This document shows, piece after piece, positions 58,073-64,000 of a stretch of DNA of 64,000 nt. The notes below the pieces were generated by a model. It was not told the origin of the DNA and ran no database searches. It was given only the letters and a program-made list of their open reading frames with translations. The stretch is from Eledone cirrhosa (taxonomy: Eukaryota). The position numbers and the translations under genes were made by a program. Positions within the stretch are counted from its first letter, which is position 1. Every line of letters starts with the position of its first letter. The stretch covers positions 310,001 to 374,000 of the forward strand of contig OZ024760.1 in the NCBI GenBank assembly GCA_964016885.1, read 5' to 3'.

Positions 58073-59070
58073 ACCAGATAGAAAAATGCGTACAGCAAAA
58101 AAAAGTAATATTGTTGGAATATAAACCTTTAAAAATACAGGACAAGAAACTAAAATAAAACTTTAAAAGAATAGGACAAGAAACTAAGATAAAACTTTAA
58201 AGAATTGGACAAGAAATAAAAAATGTTACAAATGGCAAAATTTTTATTGGTAAAAAATCGAGTTCCACATTCATAGGCTCTGGGTTCCACATTCAGAGGT
58301 CGTCGTCAGACCGGGGGGATCATTTGATCCTGGTTTGAACACCAATTGGGCCATAACCATACCCATATTTCATCATTCGGCGACACGCCTCATGTGTCAT
58401 GCATAATGTGAATGGACCCATGGGCCCATGAGCACAGATCTTGAGCAGCAGCGGACGGTCTTGTCGTCCCCCTCATCCATCTTCTCCTTGCATCTTGTCC
58501 TTGAGTTCAAGTTCGGCAGTCCAGATGAATGCGTGCCACAGCTTTCTGGTACAGGAAGGGGGAGCATGAGGACTAGAGGGATGACGGGACAGAGGGAGGG
58601 AGGACCGGTGGTTGAGGGAGGTGCCGTAGTCGATGGTCAGAGTCGACATCTTGTCCCGGTCGTCTTCTCCATCTTCGTCTGGTGTTGCGGGACCAGAAGT
58701 GCATTCTTGGAGGAGACCTGCAGCTGCATCGGCCAATTCTTCTTGCAATGGTCATTCTGACGGAGCAGAACTGCTCAGCCAACCAACCCCAACCAGAACT
58801 AACCGCTCAGGGGCAACGCACAATGAGAGCATGACAATTATTATGCACTAATCAAGAAGATACTGGGGCATAGCACAGGAAACTAATAAAAAAATTTTGC
58901 CACTAATATTATTGTAACATTTTTTATTTCTTGTCCAATTCTTTAAAGTTTTATCTTAGTTTCTTGTCCTATTCTTTTAAAGTTTTATTTTAGTTTCTTG
59001 TCCTGTATTTTTAAAGGTTTATATTCCAACAATATTACTTTTTGTTGCTGTACGCATTTTTCTATCTGGT
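58073..59070. repeat. ~175-bp inverted repeats (each with 3 x ~34-bp GGACAAGAAA subrepeats) enclosing a GC-richer 630-bp segment
   Basis: 58073-58248 is the reverse complement of 58885-59070. Confidence 0.9.
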
Positions 59071-59343
59071 CTACTATTTTTTAAGGCAATGCAAGTAACA
59101 ACTATCTAATAATTAAATGATCATAGTGAATTACTGACAAGTGTTTGACATTTTAAAGTTCTTTTGAGTATAATTGCAATCTAGTTGAGGCAACTGGCTT
59201 AATGACAAAGCTAGTAAATCATGAATGCATTTGAGATGATTAGTGCATAATAGTGAATTGGTGAAACTTGTGCATTTCAATGGTGTTACAACAATAGATG
59301 TAAGTTCTATAGTAGTAATACTTTATCATTTTAACTTTTTAGA

Positions 59344-59643
59344 ATGGACAAAAACCCTTGCAAAGAAATGACTTTGACTGCAGTGATTCTCTCCAATTTA
59401 CTTACAAAGCAAAACGTGGTCAAATACCTTATCATCTCTGATAAAATGCCCATTGAATCACTGAAAATCGGATGCATGAAATTCCTCATAAAATGCACCT
59501 ATGAATCGGAAGCCATCACATATATCAATGGATATAGGGAGTTGTTCACACTGGAAGACCATCACTTCATTTGTGACTTCATCAGTTATCTCCACGATTA
59601 TCTCAGACACCCAATGCCATTGATGAGAGGTGATCCAATGTGA
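59344..59643 (+). CDS. Orphan ORF/exon resembling the SPOP-type BACK domain of BTB proteins
   Basis: LTKQNVVKYLIISDKMPIESLKIGCMKFL...ITYINGYRELF fits the L..eNv...L..Ad......Lk..c..Fi...Gw.eL pattern. A pyrimidine tract + AG at 59341-59342 precedes it. Confidence 0.5.
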   Translation: MDKNPCKEMTLTAVILSNLLTKQNVVKYLIISDKMPIESLKIGCMKFLIKCTYESEAITYINGYRELFTLEDHHFICDFISYLHDYLRHPMPLMRGDPM

Positions 59644-61228
59644 GCATGTAACTAATCTTATAGAAGTTGTTATCGATCACCTGGCTTTTAGTGACATTTG
59701 ACTGATTTGACTGATAATGATGTATTTTTAAAAAGTATGTGTACATTCTTGTTACTATTTTAAGGCAATGCAAGCAACAACTATTTAATAAAATTTAAAT
59801 TTAAAAATGACCATTGTGCATTACTAGTATGATGACATTTTATTAAGTCACAAAATTAGTCAGTCAGCCATAGAACAAGGATCAGGTGGCAAAAACATTG
59901 GCAAAAATTTGTGTCAATTTAAGATTTCCAACATTGTTCAAATGAATCATATCTGGTTTGAAGTCAGATTTGTCAAATTTTGACCAATTTTCAATGTTGT
60001 GAAGATTGGGCAAGTTCAATTTTTGAATCATTTCTTTCATGCAGTAATTAGACTTTTCCAAACGTCGTCATTTCTGGATTACCTCCCCTAGCGTCACGCT
60101 TACTACTCACTCACTTGAACACAAGATTTATCAGCAAACTTTGATTATAAACTTTTTCCCGCTGGACCAAATTTCTAGATTTTTAAGCCAAAAGATGCGT
60201 AATGATCTACTGTTCATGCTCATATAAGTTTTATCTCAGTTAAATAAAGTAGAGCCGCGCTGTACTGTCGTAAACAGACGATTGCCAACGAAAACACGAC
60301 CACAACAATATTACTAAACGGACTACCGTCCGTTTAGGATATATACACACACACACATGTATGTATGTATATCTGTTTGAGTTTCTATTAATTCATGTAA
60401 ATGAATTAATATATAGAGATAGACAGATAGATATATTTAAAGACATGCAAGCATACTGATAGATACTGATATATGGATGTTATATATGCTCGCTTATACA
60501 TACATACATACATACATACATACATACATACATACATACATACATGATGGCTGCCCCCTCGTCATCGAGTATGGCCATTGGACGATATACCATTATTAAT
60601 AATTATCAATTAATTCTATCGTGCAATGTCTGTGCGTAAAGATTTTCTTTAAAGTGAGGAAAGACTATGCACTGAGCCAATCCCACTCTGTGGGTGACAG
60701 TAGCTATAACCGGAAAAGAAGAAAAGATCAACATCATCGGTAAGTACTGAGTCGCAGGTTTTATATCGGAGTTTTCCCAGTTTCCTGAGTTGCCTTCTCC
60801 CAGAAGAATGCCCTGACAAAGGCTAGGGGTCGCCGACGACCCGACCATGCGACAGGTTGTACTGGGTTACATATTACCAGTTACACTCAAGAGTGACGCG
60901 ACATAAATACATACATACATGCATACATGCAAACATACATATCTACATACATACATACATCCAAACATACATACATCCAAACATACATATCTACATGCAA
61001 ACATACATATCTACATACATACATACATCCAAACATACATACATACATCCAAACATACATACATACATCCAAACATACATACATACATACATACATACAT
61101 ACATACATACATACATCCAAACATCCAAACATACATACATACATACATACATACATACATACATACATACATACTTATATGACCACCATCAACCACACTA
61201 AGACTACCACCATTATCACCAACAGGTA

Positions 61229-61280
<52 letters not shown>

Positions 61281-61323
61281 TGTGTATATGTTTGAATATA
61301 GGAATCTATGTGTTTTATGGCGA

Positions 61324-61380
<57 letters not shown>

Positions 61381-61386
61381 CACACA

Positions 61387-61461
61387 CAATGTGTCCCCCC
61401 AAAATATATACACACTTCAACAGCACTGTAGTAAATATATGTATACATTTTGGGGGACACC

Positions 61462-61505
<44 letters not shown>

Positions 61506-61595
61506 ATATATATATATTTAATATAGAAATGGCTTCTGCAGGACTAGAGCTGTTTTATTTGGGAGAAATCAACCCCCGAATAAACCCGGGATAAA

Positions 61596-61644
<49 letters not shown>

Positions 61645-61728
61645 GCACACAGCGTGTCCCAAAAAATATATACACACTTTAACAACAGTCTAATAAATAT
61701 GTATACATTTTAGGGGGGACACCCTGTA
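61387..61728. mobile_element. Two ~80-bp Tc1-like MITEs (61387-61466, 61648-61728)
   Basis: TIR TACAGGGTGTCCCCC..AAATGTATACA, TA flanks. Confidence 0.65.
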
Positions 61729-62265
61729 TATATATATATTGAAAGCGGACGTAAAAGATAAAAGGGATAAAGGAGAGATTGGTGGAGGGGGAGGGAGAGA
61801 AAGGGGTTGAAAATAGGATGATGGGGCCTAAAATAAGAGTGAATGGGTGGGGATGATATAAGCAAACCCAAATAAACATTTTTTGTTGGGGTGAGGTGTG
61901 GGTGAAGAGGGGTAATGGGTGTGGGTACAGATCCCATGTAACAGAAACAAACTTTCTTAAACAATTTTTTTTTAAATACAAAAACAAAAGTAAAAATAAA
62001 AGGAGATTAAAGTTTAAACCAAGTAACATATAAAAACTTTTGTACCAAATATAACATGGCCGCCGTATTAACGTTTTGGTAGTGGTGTTGGTGTTGTGGC
62101 TGATGGTGGTGGTAGTGTTTTGGCTGATGGTGGTGATGGTATTCTGGATGGTGGTTTGGATGGTGGTGGTGGTGGTGTTTTGGCTGATGGTGGTGGGGGA
62201 GATGTTAGTCATGATGATGGCTTGATGGTGGTGGTGGTTGTTGTGTTGTGACTGTTGGTGGTGGC

Positions 62266-62822
62266 GATGGTTGTAGTGATGGTAGTAGTGATGGTGATGT
62301 GGATGGTGGTGGTGATGGTTGTAGTGATGGTAGTAGTGATGGTGATGTGGATGGTGGTGGTAGTGATGGTTGTAGTAATGGTAGTAGTGATGGTGGTGGT
62401 GGTGGTGATGGTTGTAGTGATGGTAGTAGTGATGGTGATGTGGATGGTGGTGGTGATGGTTGTAGTGATGGTAGTAGTGATGGTGATGTGGATGGTGGTG
62501 GTAGTGATGGTTGTAGTAATGGTAGTAGTGATGGTGGTGGTGGTGGTGATGGTTGTAGTGATGGTAGTAGTGATGGTGGTGTGGATAGTGGTGGTGATGG
62601 TTGTAGTGATGGTAGTAGTGATGGTGATGTGGATGGTGGTGGTAGTGATGGTTGTAGTAATGGTAGTAGTGATGGTGGTGGTGGTGGTGATGGTTGTAGT
62701 GATGGTAGTAGTAATGGTGGTGTGGATAGTGGTGGTGATGGTTGTAGTGATGGTAGTAGTGATGGTGGTGTGGATGGTGGTGGTAGTGATGGTTGTAGTA
62801 ATGGTAGTAGTGATGGTGGTTG
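62266..62822. repeat. Higher-order triplet tandem repeat (GATGGTTGTAGTGATGGTAGTAGT...)
   Basis: Units of 39-51 bp recur about 12 times. Confidence 0.9.
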
Positions 62823-63109
62823 GATGATGGTAGTGGGTTAAATGTTGGGTCTAAGTTGAAGTTTAGGTTTAAGTTCATGTTTAGGTTTAAATTGTAGATT
62901 TAAGCTTAGGCTTTGATTTAATGTTAAGTTCAAGTTTAAGTTTAGATTCAGGTTTAAGATTTAACTGAAAATAATCCATTACACTACGTTTTGGTATGAA
63001 TGTTTTGTATTTATTTTCAAAAACAGAAACATTCTCGAAGACATAACATATTTCAAGTTTGACTAAATTGTAAAGAACAGAAAATATAATAAAATAGAAA
63101 TAAAAATAT

Positions 63110-63355
63110 AGAATAAATTTAGAAAAAAATATGCTATAAATTTAGAAAAAAATATGCAATAAATTTTGAAAAAGAATATGCCAAAATAATATGCAATAAA
63201 TTTAGAAAAAAAATCTGCCAAAAAAATATGCAATAAATTTAGAAAAAAAATATGCCAAAAAAAAATATGCAAAAAAATATGCAATAAATTTAGAAAAAAA
63301 TCTGCCAAAAAAAAATCTACAAAAAAATATGCAATAAATTTGGAAAAAAAAAATG
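63110..63355. repeat. A-rich tandem repeat (AAAAAATATGCAATAAATTTAG)
   Basis: Direct inspection. Confidence 0.85.
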
Positions 63356-64000
63356 CAAGGATTAAAAAAAATATATAATTAAAAATCGTAAGAATAAAAA
63401 ATAAAAATAAAAAGTGTAAAGATAGAAAATAAAAATTTACGTAAAAATAGAAGAAAAAAACAAAAATAAGAGTAGAAATATAAAGATGAAAAATAAGAAT
63501 AAAATAATTAAGTATAAAAATTACAAAATAAAGAAATAAAATAAAAAAATTTAATTTAAATAAGTAAATAAATAAAATTTCAAAATTCAAAAATTTAAAA
63601 ATCTAGAAATAAAAATAAATGTTTTAAAAATGAAAAGAAAGATATTTTGTTTCGTTAAATAACGTAAAATGTTATGAAATGTGAAACATGGAAAATATAA
63701 TAGAAGTTCTGGGTGGGTAAGGTGGCGGTGGTGGTTGTGGAAGTGTGGTGGTGGTATAGCTAGTGGAGTTACTGGTGGTGGTTGTGGTGGTAGTGGTTGT
63801 GGTGCTGGTACTGTTGCTGGCGTTATTGGTGTAGGTAGTGGTGTTAGTAGTGGTGGTGGTGGTGGTAGTGGTTGTTGTGCTGGTACTGTTGCTGGCGTTA
63901 TTGGTGTAGGTAGTGGTGTTAGTGGTGGTGGTTGTGGTGGTGGTAGTGGTTGTGGTGCTGTTACTGTTGCTGGCGTTATTGGTGTAGGTAGTGGTGTTAG

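Overview
AT-rich eukaryotic (animal) non-coding DNA dominated by (TA)n, (CA)n, (GA)n and triplet microsatellites. The SINE content resembles coleoid cephalopod (Octopus-like) genomes, which is an inference. No host gene could be supported, and nearly all ORF-track entries are microsatellite artefacts. Real coding relics are two Penelope-like retroelement (PLE) families (a near-complete RT+GIY-YIG element at 33281-37490 and GIY-YIG-end copies at 223-2258 and 52297-53270), L1/Tx1-like and RTE-like LINE 3' ends, and an orphan BACK-like ORF at 59344-59643. The main hidden structure is RNA-level. About ten sequence-distinct families of minimal type I hammerhead ribozyme (HHR) cassettes sit inside (TA)n tracts, mostly as fold-back palindromes, and one family has a fixed CAGAAGA core variant. 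Four of these families share a covarying bulged hairpin (RCTC-stem-TY-GAGY) downstream of the HHR. A separate ~100-bp tandem unit built from conserved stems with variable loops lies at 23610-24106, with a dispersed copy near 32500. All structures were folded by eye, and element boundaries are approximate.
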